Part shown: in pieces, positions 25,146 to 37,959 of the stretch
Position numbering within the stretch: position 1 is the first letter of the stretch
How the letters are laid out: every line of letters starts with the position of its first letter
NCBI RefSeq assembly: GCF_037042905.1
Contig: NC_087252.1
Coordinates: forward strand, 9,302,001 to 9,366,000
Reading direction: 5' to 3'
DNA length: 64,000 nucleotides
From: Lytechinus pictus
Lineage: Eukaryota
Program-made: the position numbers and the translations under genes
The notes under the pieces: generated by a model
What the model was told of the DNA's origin: nothing
The model's database searches: none
The model's input: only the letters and a program-made list of their open reading frames with translations

Positions 25146-26950
25146 TTTTTTTTATTTTTTTTTTTTTCTTTGCAGTTTTTATTCGTCACAAAATAATCAA
25201 AGTATACAAAACATATAATTGCACTTCAATCAAACAGAACATCGTAAAAGTACATACAACATAATCTTAATTTACAAGAAAATTGTACCCTAGCGCTGCC
25301 GACAGGACGATCAATTAACCGAAGAAGAAAGGGGGTACGGTAATACCCAACGGTCCAGTGTCGTCCTGGCGGCATCACCGGGGTATAGCGCAACCCAAAA
25401 AATATGACATTTTCATTTATTAACATGACCGAAAGTATGACATAAAAAACACCACTATATAATAATAATAATAATAATAATAAAATAATAATAATTAAAG
25501 ATTTGGATAGCGCACATATTTGTCGATGACACTCAAGGCGCACAATTAACTACTTATATAAAACAGAAATCAATAAATATACAAAAATGAACAAACTGAG
25601 AAGAAAAAAATACACAATCAGTTAAGTTGGTAGTCAAAATAACAATTAGGCCTTATCACACAACAGTTAAGGAAATGCTTCCCTCATGAGGTAAGTCTTC
25701 AATTTGCTGTGGAATAGCTCTCTTGACTGGCACGACTTAACGTCCGATGGGACTGAATGCCACAAACGGGGACCAGCAACGGAAAAAGATCTGTCACCCG
25801 AGGACCTTTTCACTCTAACTTGTTGGAGCTGGTGAACATTCCCTGAACGAAGACCGGGTCTACATGATCTCTTCACCTCCAGAAGATCTGATAGGTACAC
25901 TGGTGTCTGGTTGGTTTTAAGTTTAAAGACCAAGGAAAGAACTTTATATGCAAATCTTTGCCTTACAGGCAGCCAGTGTAATTCATTGAGAATTGGGGTG
26001 ATATGATCCGACAACTTTGAACGCTTTACAAGTCGTGCAGCAGAATTCTGGACCTTCTGTAGTCGTTTTATTTGAGTATCAGGCAGTCCAACCAAAGTAC
26101 TGTTGTACATATCCAAACGTGATGTGACAACATGAACATACAACATGAACAAAAGATAAAACAAAGTCACAAAAAAACAATTACATAAAATGTTAATCTA
26201 CAGTTGTTACAATTTATGAAATGGAAAAATACTTGTTTATGTTTTGCCATTTTACATTGTGTTTATTGAGTTTGTTATTATTTTTTGCAATAATTTCTTC
26301 AGTAATTTTATAAGATAAAAGATAATAATTAAATTACTTTAAACTAGGGAGAGTCTCTTGGTATTTACATCGCAAAATGAATTGTTTACCAAGTAAAATT
26401 AGAAAATTAAATGCTAAGGTGGATGGACTAAATTTAAGTGGTTCTAGTAATCCAAATAAAACAGTATCTCGTGAAAGGAAATAATTAGGATTAAAGTCAG
26501 TCACTCTCATCCGCAACGCATTCCAAAAGGATGCTATTTTAGGGCATGCAAAAAAAATGATCCAATGTCTCGGGTGTCGCATTGCAAAAAGAACATAATG
26601 CATTTGTTTTCTTTCCTATTTTTGTGAGGCATTCATTTGTAGGTATTAAGTTATTTAAAATTTTGTAGTGTGTGATTCGAAGTCTGGTGTCAATAGTGAT
26701 TCGTAATAGAAGAGTGAACAATTTGGAAGTCTGTTGCCTATCGATGTTGTAAAGTTTATTAAAGCGAGTAAACACCTTGGAGGTTTCAGAGTTTAAAAAG
26801 TGCGATAAAATTGCTTTGTCCATATATTCTGAATATGTCTAAATGCAGATTCACAGAAAAGAGAAGGGAAATCCTCAGGTGAAATCCTCAGATGATGATA
26901 GTTTTGATGTATTATTCAGTGTAATTTGCCATCATTTTTAAACGAAAGTT
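25146..26950 (-). mobile_element. 5'-truncated L1/Tx1-type LINE (frameshifted ORF2 C-terminus, 3' UTR, polyA), interrupted by an L2
   Basis: DTRLRITHYKILNNLIPTN..CSFCNATPETLDHFF/ACPKIASFW matches the zinc-knuckle region. AATAAA + poly(A) on the minus strand at ~25146-25183. Confidence 0.8.
25458..26135 (-). mobile_element. L2 LINE 3' fragment
   Basis: SRLDMYNSTLVGLP..LQKVQNSAARLV..HITPILNELHWLPVRQR..GDRSFSVAGPRLW..LKTYL, followed by a stem-loop and a (TTA)n tail. Confidence 0.92.
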
Positions 26951-28599
26951 CGTTGACCTATTGACATTTCCGGTCATAATTTTTTAACGGAAGGTCAAGA
27001 GTATATGGTTGTGTACATTTTTTGTTCAGTATTACAACACAAACAATTTGATGTGTCACTCGACAGAATAAGGGCAATTTAAAATATTGACCCCTATTGA
27101 CCCCATTTTGACCGCTAACATGGTCAAGATGACCATTACAATTTTGTCACCAAGTTGAAAGTTGTTCCTTGTGATGTCACCAATCACATAAAAGTGAAAT
27201 ATCAGACTTGTCGAAGTGAATTACATATGCTGCCTGACTAATAGGTCCATCGCTATATGAACGCATTACTATAGGATTTTAGTTTAGAACGGATTCGCCC
27301 AAAATCCCTTCAAATTTATTACATTTGTTGGTAAAGTCATTATTACATTTGTGGGCGATCAAAAATTATTACATTTGTGGGTAAAGTGCATTATTACATT
27401 TGTGGGTGAAATTATTACATTTGTGGGCGTTATTACATTTGTTGGTGCAACAGTCCCCGTTGGTTCTGAAGAGCTACATTTAATTTTCATGGCATGTTTT
27501 TGCCCATATATAGAGTCTATGGAAAGAGCTCGCGCGCACACGTGCTGCAAATTTTAATGGGTGCTCATTCCTTTATTAGAGGTCCTAGAGTGTTGATTGA
27601 GGTATCAAATTGCTAGTAAATAAATCATTGATACATATACATCAAATAAACAGTGATTCTATGTTTGGTAATGCCGTTACGCATGAAAACGCGCGCGCAT
27701 ACGTGCGCGCGCGTAAAATGCTGAAATGCTCAAAATGACCTGAAATGTAGATATAATGAAATGAAAAATTTTACAAAATGGCGTCTAGATGACGTCATCA
27801 TGATCAGATGACCTTGAAAAGCTTATTATGGCATCTCTAATATAGACTGTATGAATGATATGAAATTCAGTAAAATTGATGGAGCCGATTCGGAGAAAAG
27901 AATTTGCTATAAAAATAAATAAAAAGAAAATTCTGACGAAATAGGTGATCTGTCACAGACAGACCACCTAATTAAAGTACCATTTGGTATATATCCATGG
28001 TATCTTTTTCCCCGTTAAGACTCATCCAAATGGTCTAGTTTATTTGCAACGAAATTGGAATAATGAAGACCGTATGGACAATTTTTGAAAAAAAGGTTAG
28101 ACCTAATGAATATTATACCAAGAAATGTAAATGATCATTATTGCCATCCCCACTCCCTTCCTCATTAGTATTTGTACTCTTATGAAAATAGCGTCAGAAA
28201 ACATTAATATCTAATAAGATGAACTGGCGATGACTACAGATTGATAAAAAGAAAATCCACCGATTCGTCAATTGGGGCACTAAATAGACGTGCCCGTGTT
28301 TCCACTATAATTAAATAATTGGAATAGCTGTTTGATTTTAATCAATATTCAACTTCTCTATCAGGTTAAAAATGCAATTTGGTAAGATAATTGTTTATTC
28401 TTGAAGTCGACATCAACTATTCCTTTTAATATCATTACATAAAAATAGGGATATTTTTATTCGTTTTTCTCATGTCCCATGTTTAAATGTATATAATCAA
28501 AGAATATTCCAAGTTATATTTACGCTGTGCATGTATTATTATTTTTTTAATATATTCATTATTGCTACTCTGTTCAAAATGCCGGAACCCTGTCAATTC

Positions 28600-29102
28600 T
28601 GTTCATCTTTTTCCCCTTCATCCTTTCCCTCTATCTCTCCACTGCTCTCATTTCTTCCCGATCCTTATTATTGTCCGTCATTTTATATGTGCCTCTCGTC
28701 ATCAACTCTTCTCTTAATTTATCGTTTACTTTCTCTCTCAATCTCTCTCTCAAGCTATTCTTTCTATATGTTTTATATTTGTCACTTGCCATTCTTGATA
28801 TTCTCTCTCTCCCTCCTTTTACCTTTCTTTTCTTCCCCTCTCCCTTTTCCTCCTTCTACTTATCCTTCCCTATTTCAGTCTTTACTTCCTTTCTCTTTCC
28901 CTTCCGATCCTTCGTTTCTCCCGTTCCCATTTTCTCTCTCTCATTTATCCTCCACAGTTGTTCACCCCTCTCCATTTCCTTTCCTCCCTTTCTTTTCTTG
29001 TCCCTATCCCTACCTATATTTTCCTTCGCCATTTTTATGTTCCCTTTCTTTTAATCCTCTGTCTCTGTCTCCCTCTCCCTCTCTCTTCCCATTTTTCTTT
29101 TT
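28600..29102. repeat. Pyrimidine-rich low-complexity tract
   Basis: C/T-dominated sequence. The overlapping ORFs are F/S/L/P-rich artefacts. Confidence 0.85.
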
Positions 29103-29128
29103 TAAGGTTTCAAAAAATGGAGGGGTTC

Positions 29129-29564
29129 TGTGAAGTTATACATGTACGATATACATGTTGATGCCAAAAAATGTCTCTGCCGGGAATTAAAAGAGTTGCC
29201 AAAGCTGTTGTGCATGTACAACTTCACACATTTGTTTACTTTCACCCGACAATTATAATTGGTATAGTGTCGAACAGATTTTTCTATCTGACAGATTTTT
29301 CTATCTGACGCTCAATCGGATCGGGGTCGCCCGAGACACTAAACTATCTCTGTGTTGTAGTGGTTAAGGCACCGGCGTTCAAAGCTGGGGGCCTGGGTTC
29401 GATTCCCGGCAGAGACATTTTTTGGCATCACCATTTTTTCCTAAGGGTAGATAGCTCTGGGGAACCTTGATTTAAGCTACGCCTACCATTGTTCTCTTCA
29501 TCCATTTCTGTCACACAATATTTAAATTAAAAGAGTTGCCAAAGCTGTTGTACATGTATAACTT

Positions 29565-29631
<67 letters not shown>

Positions 29632-29632
29632 G
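29129..29632 (+). mobile_element. tRNA-derived repeat with rearranged (inverted and direct) terminal segments
   Basis: tRNA-like TCTCTG..GTAGTGGTTAAGG..GGTTCGATTCCC-GG-CAGAGA at 29347-29415. Perfect 29-bp inverted repeat 29159-29187/29402-29430. ~45-bp direct repeat 29185-29230/29525-29570. (CA)n(TA)n at the end. Confidence 0.6.
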
Positions 29633-30381
29633 TAACCAACGAAGGTAGAGGGCAGAAGCACACAAGCGTGTTGCTCTATGGAAGGTCAACTCTGCTCGAA
29701 TTTTGTGACCACTCTAAAAAATAAGGTAGGGTTTGGGGAACTTTGTAGAGTTGATTTTTTTCATTTGTTTATTGTAAATATTTTTTTAGGAAATTAAATC
29801 GGTTCTTCTGGGTAGTAATATAAAAAAATATTACTGTTATTTTTTAAGAAAATATTTAGCTTAAATAATCATGATTTTGACATTTTTCCTCATTTTGGAA
29901 TATTAAGTCTATGACGAGGATACCTCTTATTTTCTTCTGCTTTATTTCGCTGCACCACTAATAAATGCATAGACAACCACCGTAATAATCGAGATCATTT
30001 TTCTTGCCTGGGTGCGCCGAGTTGGGGCCAGTCGCGTAACCAGCTAGTGACGTTGATGATGCGCTGGGGCTTCAGGCGACTCGTCATAGATCTTCTAGCA
30101 ACATAGACAATGACGTCTAATTTGCCTGGCCTGATTTAAAGTGCAATGGCTTCATGGTGGATGCTTATCAACGATGATTGTTCAAGGTTAGATTTCAAAT
30201 GTTAAATGTCATTTGACTTTTAAGTCTATAAATCTGAAATAACGGCGCTGTATCCCGGAAATCCGGGTCTAAATTTCGACTTCGAGTCCGAGATCATGGA
30301 CGGCACAAGAAAAAAAACAAGCATCGGATGCAATGCATTGGCTGCGCTGCAGCTGCACAGCCAGGCTGCGTCGAAGGTGGT

Positions 30382-30677
30382 GGAGCGTTGTGGCCCAGTG
30401 GATTAGTCTTCGGATTTTGAAACAGAGGGTCGTGGGTTCGAATCCTAGCCATGGCGTAATTTCCTTCAGCAAGAAATTTACCCACATTGTGCTGCACTCG
30501 ACCCAGGTGAGGTGAATGGGTACCCGGTAGGAAGAAATTCCTCGAATGCTCGAGCGCCCGATCAAGGTAGCCGTGCTAAAGCTGGGGTAATAATAGCAGG
30601 GCCCGCTGGTAGAACAGTTTTTCGGAACTGAAGTGGCTACCCTGCCGCTATTATTATTATTACCATCATTATTATTA
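30382..30677 (+). mobile_element. tRNA-derived SINE (Nin-like central domain)
   Basis: A box TGGCCCAGTGG, B box GGTTCGAATCC, central CCTTCAGCAAG..ACTCGACCCAGGTG..AATGGGTACC, and (ATT)n tail. Confidence 0.88.
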
Positions 30678-30836
30678 AGGTCGATCGAGCAACCAAACTT
30701 CCAAAGCCAAATTAAAGCTTAAATAAACGGCCAACTATCCACATTTTCCCTGGTTTTCTTCAATAATTCCAAAAAAAATCAGCCAATTGAGGCAAACTGA
30801 TATGTTACATCGTTTGGCAAAGAGTGCCATCATCGT

Positions 30837-31147
30837 TTTGCGTTAGACCTAACCCATTAAGTTAGGGTAGTATAGGCCTATACTAGGGCTCGGGGCTAGA
30901 CCGTCTTAATTTCTTAATTGGGGCAGAAGTTGATTTGATAGACAGCATCCATATCTTAATTTGACCATTGATTCTCTGCAATCAATGTTTATAGACTTTT
31001 ACATAATTTGTTTGCCATATTGCAAATTGTAAATTTTCTTAGACATGGCTTGGGCTTGGCCGACAAAACGCGTAACTTTACAATTTTTGTTTTGAGAAAT
31101 TTTGAAAGCGAATGAGCAAAATGACTGAGCTCGTCGTGATTTTATGC
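30837..31147 (+). repeat. 311-bp segment also present at 42503-42813 (probable donor copy)
   Basis: Direct repeat at offset 11666 with only two substitutions seen by eye. Confidence 0.95.
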
Positions 31148-34100
31148 ATTTTCTAAAGTGAATTTTAAGGATTTCATGTCTAACTCTAAGGCCTAACGGT
31201 AACTTGTCAACCATATAATCTTCTAGATCTAGACTCAATGAATTTACCCTGTAGGCATTTAACGGACAAAAAAATCCTAACCACCTAGCCCATGCAGACT
31301 GGCCTTAATTGAACCAAACTTAGCATGCATGGACCAACCCTCAAAAGGTCTAGGTTTAGGCGTCCTATAGAAAGGTGATATCCGTCTGTTTTGAGTTTAT
31401 TTTTATGATTATTATTTTTTATTATTTTTGCATAGACTATCTCCTATCAACAAGTCGTGCTAGATCTAGATTTACTTAGATATCCAGTGTGGAACAACAT
31501 CTTCAACAAACAGATCGAGACTGGTCAAAGCTTTTGTCTAGTTAGACTAATTAAGTTAGATCTTAGACTTGGGTCTATCGATCAACATGATCAAGATCTA
31601 AGTTAGACGTAGACTTCACTTATTAGTGATTGGAATGTAGTTCTAAATTTATTTTGGGGAAAATGGTGAAAAGAAATGATAACATACTACTGATAGATGT
31701 ACGTGAATCAGTTTTTTTAACCCATTGGCATTGCTGCCGATTCTAATAAATAAATAAATAAATGAGTCACGGCCTATGGGCTGCAGAAAAATGCTGGTCG
31801 ACGGGTTGGTCGCCACGTCCTGTTTCGCCTAGCAGAACAAGTACCAGTGCTAGACTAGAGGTTGAAGGGATCGTTTAACATTGTGAGAAGCTGATTTAAA
31901 AAATTCTCAAATTAAGATGAATTATGTTTATGAGTTTATGTACTTGTTCTAAGAAACCCTAGAAATCATCTTTATTTTGAATGAAAAGTTGTTAGTAGGT
32001 AGGAAAATGTGATTATATTAGAACTCGTCTACTAGACGATTTCCCAAATTACTGTGACATCCCGATTTGAAAATAAAATTGTATGCCTCCCTCTGCGTTG
32101 AGATCGTAACGGACACGCAAGCGAGAACTGTCAATCAACCAATAGTGAATGGGGGCAAGGCCGCTCCGGCCGGCATGCACTGAGAATTGTAAACATTACA
32201 TGCAGCGCATGTTCTCTGCTGGCTCTTTTCTATAGTGCCTTGACGGTTCTAGTCGAAGCAGAGAAAGTAGTATGAAAGAAGAAAAACAGATTCTGATAGC
32301 GCAACGAAAGCTATGTACAGACCATCTAAGATAAGAAAAATGCAGACTTACTGACTCCTCGCCGGGATGGTAGTAACGTGGCAAATTTGGGGCGATGTAC
32401 TTTAATATTACATGAAGATAAAGCGAAAGTGTAGCACCAGAATAAAATATGTGCGATCCAGAACATCATACATGTACTTGAGAATAGAATAAGAACATGT
32501 GGTCTCTCGAGCTCTGCGTGTGTCGTGAGCTGAGGCATGGACAATGGCTAGCTGAGGGAAGGATGGCTTTATCCCATGCGTGAACGTTTCGTTGTTTATG
32601 TGGGTATGCAAATTACTTGGTATTACGTAAGACTCTTCCCATATCGCTCGAAAAATGAACATAATACAGGACATTCATTTTTAATTGTGCAGTCACATGA
32701 TTATAACATTTCATTTATTCAAGACTGTTTCTCTAATGGGCCGAGCACCTTTTTGAGAGTAGTAGTCAAAACTTGTGTAGTAAATCTGCCATATTTTACT
32801 CACGTATTCACTCCCTTCCTTTGAACGCGAGGTCCTTTCTTCTTCTTCTTTTGCTTGACAAATTTTTGGCGAAATACCTTTAGATTGTAAATTTTTAGAT
32901 GAAAACCTTTTTTTTTTCTTTTCAAAATTTTCTCATGAATTGTGCCTCCTCCCTTTAGAAAAACCTGGATCCACCCCTGCACAACGTAAAGCTGTCCCCC
33001 CCCCCCCCCTCCAACACATAACTGCACAGCCCAACAACCAATGTATATAACGAACATTTTTATAATAATTATATAAAAAGAATTAGTGCAGCATAAAATA
33101 TATAAAATATAAAGGTATATGCTGGGGATAAAAAGGACATGAAAATAATTGCATTATTCTGTGGCCGGCGGCGAAAGCATAAAAATATTAGATTCTGGAT
33201 TGGCGGTGTTCCGGCGGTGTTGAAGCATGATCTTCCGCCGCCAGTGCCAGAATGTATATTTTTACGTACTTCGGGGGGGGGGGGGGTAAGAAATATTTCC
33301 ATCCACATTTCTTCCACATCGGCTGATAAATGCTTGATTATTATCATTTAGAGGGGTGTCCCATGCAACTAAAGTCTGAATTTTTAAGTACATCGTAGCT
33401 TTATTCTTACAATCATGGACCTACTTTGGCCTAAATTAATGATGCGAGCGCGAAGCGCGCAAGGTAATGTTTATTTTTATATTTCGCCTTGAAAATAAAT
33501 ATAGGAGCGCGAACTTTTTTATGAACATGAACATCTTAAACGGGTCATTCTACTCACTTTTGGTAATCACGCAGGGTATGTTCATCTTAAACAATTCGAT
33601 TTGATTTATTGTTCTCGTAAATGCGTATTAGCATTTTCATAACAAAAGAAACATAATATCGTTTAAAATTTTGGCATGAATAATAGAGTGTACTTATTAA
33701 AAATATGATTCAACCCACACACACCAAATGATCCACACCCAACATATTATGATATCAACAATTAGCAGGACCGAGGATTGTCATTATAAGCACATTGCTT
33801 GGAAAAAAATAACTGAAAACCCGAGATTCAAACTTATTAAATTGCATTGATTATACAACAGAATGGTGCGAGCGCGGAGCACGAAGAACGAGTTGAAAAT
33901 TATTAATATTTTGACATGAAGAGCTGAATCGGGTCATTCTAATCAAATACGGTCTTATGGTAAGTATAAAGTTTATACGCCAAGCGAGCTGATATTTGTT
34001 GAAATTAAGATCTTAATACGAAACATTGTATAAACTGTTTTGGAATATTGCTGCATATTTTCCTGAATAATGATAAGAGCGCATGTAAAACGCAAGCTGA

Positions 34101-34573
34101 TTTTTTAAAAAGTATATTCGCGATTGATTTTTTTTGTATAATGATTTCTACTTTTTCTGTTTTCAAATCGTTCCTCTTTTCTTATTTCATTCACTTTTCT
34201 TCTTCTTATATCCTTTCTTATCGTTCCTCTCTATTTCCCCTTTCTCTAGGCATAGATAGCAAAGCCCCAAGAAACTCCAGAATCCTGAGACGTCCAGATG
34301 GTATTTTGTACAAAAAAATGAAGTCACCAATCTAAAAATGTCACTTTAATCCGATTTTAAAAAATGTGGAAAGACACATGCAGGGTTCGGCGACAGGGCA
34401 TATAAAGTTTAGTAATAAAATTGAGAAATGCGAGTAAACGCAAAGAGTTGAATTTGAAAAGTTTTTCGATTTTATATTAAAATCCTACATTTTTATTTCA
34501 ATAGCATGTTCGTGATATTACTTATAACATTGCATTATGAAGGGTTATATATAGATATTCCCGTGATGCACAT

Positions 34574-34852
34574 CAGTGTTTCCACTCCTCCCGAAATTTC
34601 GGGAAATTTTACCTTTTCCAGGAAAGGTTCCGAATGAAACAAATCCATGCAGGAAATTTCGGGAAATCCAAAGATTACAAGTAAACAATAATTAAACATA
34701 GCAACTGTCAACATTCATGTTATATTTTTAAAATTGTTTGCTGAAAGTTTCGGCTGGCTACATTTTTGTACAATTTTTGTTAAAATCAAACTAAAAATTC
34801 TAGGAAATGTCTATAAATTCGAGAAGTTTGTTTTGGATCTGTGGAAACACCG
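34574..34852. mobile_element. hAT-type MITE with 8-bp TSD
   Basis: ATGCACAT|CAGTGTTTCCAC ... GTGGAAACACCG|ATGCACAT. Confidence 0.88.
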
Positions 34853-37115
34853 ATGCACATGGCCTTTGTAAGCGGGGGTGCTAAATCACCTCCAAGATTT
34901 ATATGGGGGTGATGTACAGGTTTGATCCAAACACCTTCATTTTGGTGCGGAAAACAAACTTTTTATTTTTGATTGTATGATTATTTTGCTTTAAATTTTA
35001 AGTATTTTCCTTTGTCAAAACTGCTATTTTGGTATTATTGGTTTTAGTAAACATGTGATATTCATCTTTTTCTTATTTTTATTTTCACATTTTTCCTTTC
35101 TTTTCTTTTTTCTTTCTTTCTTTCCCTCTTCCTTTTTAAGGGGGTAACTACCCCACTTATCTAAAATTTAGGAGGGCGTGCCCCTTCCCCTCGCTTCCAT
35201 TTATCGCTACCTTTCCCATTCCCTTCGTTAGTCTGGTAACCTTATTTCGACGTCAAAGAGTCCACTCTATTGTTCTACAACACAACGAACATGACTAAAG
35301 AAAGAAAATTGGGAGAGAGAAGTAAAATGAAAGGATCTGAAAACGAAAATAAAACGACGTGTGACCAGGTTGAATTCTCTTATTCACAAAGTGCAACCCT
35401 GGACATGGAGGAATGGGGGGTCTGAACATGTGATTTTTGAAATCTTGAAATGAAAATCATTACATCATTATGGAATATAAACAGGGGAAAAGACAAACAA
35501 GAACATAGCAGACATTTTTGTTTCTAATATTAAAATGTCCTTTATTTTTTCTCCTATTTCTTGTGTTGTCCAAGGTTGGAGGTTGGTTGCTAGCGACCCC
35601 CTCCCTTCACGCTAGCGCATTTACACACTGACGAGGCGGATCGGAGAGATGAAATCATATATCTCCAGAATGGACGATGAAAAAAAAAAAATTATTGAAA
35701 GGGGGAGCGGGAACGCTATAGATTATGCCTATACCTGCGGCCCCCTCAAAAAAAAATGGAGACGAGGGAAGTGGGAGGGGCGAGTAGCGTATAAGTTCTA
35801 AGTAATGATAATAATAGTAATAAAATAATATAATATATATATATAGCACACGTGTCCATCTTGTTGGGTGCTCAAGGTGCCCATGTATTATTATCACTGC
35901 TTGATTCGTGTGATCAAAACGAACATACCTATAATCCTTTATTTGAGCCCCTCCCCCGCGCAAACGAAAAACACTACGAACTTCCACAACCATGCAAGGG
36001 AGGGGGGGGGGGAGAAGTGGTGTTCATTTTAAAAAGTGATTATATTATTTTATTTTTTGCTCACGAGCTACACTCCATCGTAAATGTTCAAAATGTTTGT
36101 CGGTATAGCCCTTGATTCTACAAATGTATATCGGTAACGTGTACCGACGTCAGCTATACGACCATGAGTCTTGGAAGTGTTCAACACTCTCCTCAGTCAC
36201 ATTTTCTTCCACCATACCCAGGGCAGTACAGGCTTTCATCAGTTAAAGGTAGGGGTGGGAATTATCATTCACACTTTCCCGATAGGCCGCCAAAATCATT
36301 TTTTTTTTTTTTTTTTTTGGGGGGGGGGGCATTATTCACGTTATTATTTATTTATTTATTCATTTTATATTAGAGGGCTTGACCTAACTAAAGATCGAAG
36401 TTCTAATACAGTCTTATCTTACCTTATCTCATGAGGTCTAAATATATCACATGCAAGCTAAATTTATTGTATATTTTTATTTAGAACTGAGAATTGAATA
36501 TTCTGGGCAGTTATTGTAATCATGAAGAAGATGCGTATCTAACGAAAAGATTCGTGCGAGCGCGAAACACAGAAGTAATTTTTAATATACTCACCTACAA
36601 AAGTATTCGTTTTGCAGTGACTCATGAATGTACATGTAATACAAATCTCACCAATCAATAAAATGCGAGAGCGAGTTGTACATTTTCAATATCTGGGACT
36701 AAAAAATGTATATTCGAATCACATTTTCAACCATAAATTGGATGGATATATAAGCATAACTTTATGATGCGAGCGTGCATGAAGCGCGAACAGAAATTCT
36801 AATTTTCCGCCCGAAACTCGGACAATCTAAGCACTTTTTCTGTCATGTACAATATGAGTATTATTGAGAACTGAACATGTTAACCACGTTTTGAAATCAT
36901 AACCTGGATGAGTATGTAATCAAACAATTAATGCGAGCGCGAAGCGCGAGCTGATTATTATTTTTTTTAATTCAGATCTAAAAACTGGAAAGTTCAAGTC
37001 CGTTTTTTATTTAAAGAAGAAACGTCATATTAGAGAATTAGACGCGAGGTGATTTTCCCCCTAGATTTAGACCTAAAACAAGACATAAAAAGCAATGGAA
37101 CCATGAACAGAATGG

Positions 37116-37116
<1 letters not shown>

Positions 37117-37177
<61 letters not shown>
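37117..37177. repeat. (TA)n microsatellite
   Basis: Pure TA run. Shorter runs occur at ~20953, ~29585 and ~46513. Confidence 0.95.
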
Positions 37178-37181
<4 letters not shown>

Positions 37182-37959
37182 GTGTGTAGTTATACATGTA
37201 CATGTTATACATATATACATGTACATGTTATACATATATATATATATATAACTGATATTTCTTCCGACATGAAAAGTGGACTTTATTACATGGCGTATCT
37301 AGCCAGGGCGGCAATGGAGGCACGTGCCCCGGGTGCTACTTTCAGTGGTGCAAAAACGGGAGATAGATGCAAAGAAAGAAAGGGAAAAAATGAATAGAAA
37401 AAGCAAAGGAATTAAGACGCTGAAAAAAGGAATACCGCTGACGGTAATACCCCCGTTCTCTGTACCATTAATGCACTTTTCAACGTAAAAAAATAATCTT
37501 GCATGTCTTTACCCAGGGATGAATATTCGTGCAACTTTTAATTAGTGATATACTTATATTCTCTCCATGAATTCCAACAAACACTCCTTCTAAAAAAAAA
37601 TAGTTTTTCAAACTCAAATGTCATAACTTTTCATCTATAGCTACGAGTTTGCATTATTTTTATACCTTTCTTTTCATTAATTCTTGCAAACAGTTCAGAA
37701 ATATAATTTTATGGTTTGTAAAGGCTTCTCACCACGCTCTGATTTTGATGAGGGAGATAAAAACTCTCCATTATACATTTTTAGGTGAGGATATACAAAA
37801 TATCATCTCGCGCTTCGCGCTCACATTAGGGCCTACCCCGATGAGATACGTATCCTTTTCATGAATTCCTACAAAAAGCCCCTAAAATTATCCATGCTTT
37901 GATTTCCTCCCGTTTAGATTTTTCAAACTCATTGTTCTTTAACCTCCCGCAAAAAGATT

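Larger units (their letters stand above)
22022..27452. mobile_element. Foldback-type DNA element, TGT..ACA termini, 5-bp TSD GTCCC
   Basis: GTCCC|TGTTACACCAACAAATGTAATAACGCCCAC ... GTGGGCGTTATTACATTTGTTGGTGCAACA|GTCCC. TIRs of ~210-300 bp are built from CCCACAAATGTAATAA repeats. Inner AGTCTTT..CCAGACCC repeats are direct at 22350-24170 and inverted at 24320-25080. The empty site is visible in unit B (~19522-19535). Confidence 0.88.
20209..27970 (-). mobile_element. Helentron-associated element, unit C (diverged relative of B) with nested insertions
   Basis: Same left end at 20209. Body 21230-22020 and 27454-27970 aligns to 18780-20206. Right end is AGGTGATCTGTC-ACA-GACAGACCACCTA. Confidence 0.75.

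Noticed and set aside
27215..27240. Possible Academ-like terminus (..CATATGCTGCCTGACTA)
   Set aside because: No partner end or TSD found in the window.
29347..29415. Functional tRNA genes (also 30382-30455, 18881-18955, 21362-21430)
   Set aside because: The anticodon or acceptor arms are imperfect and each is embedded in a repeat, so they are treated as tRNA-derived.
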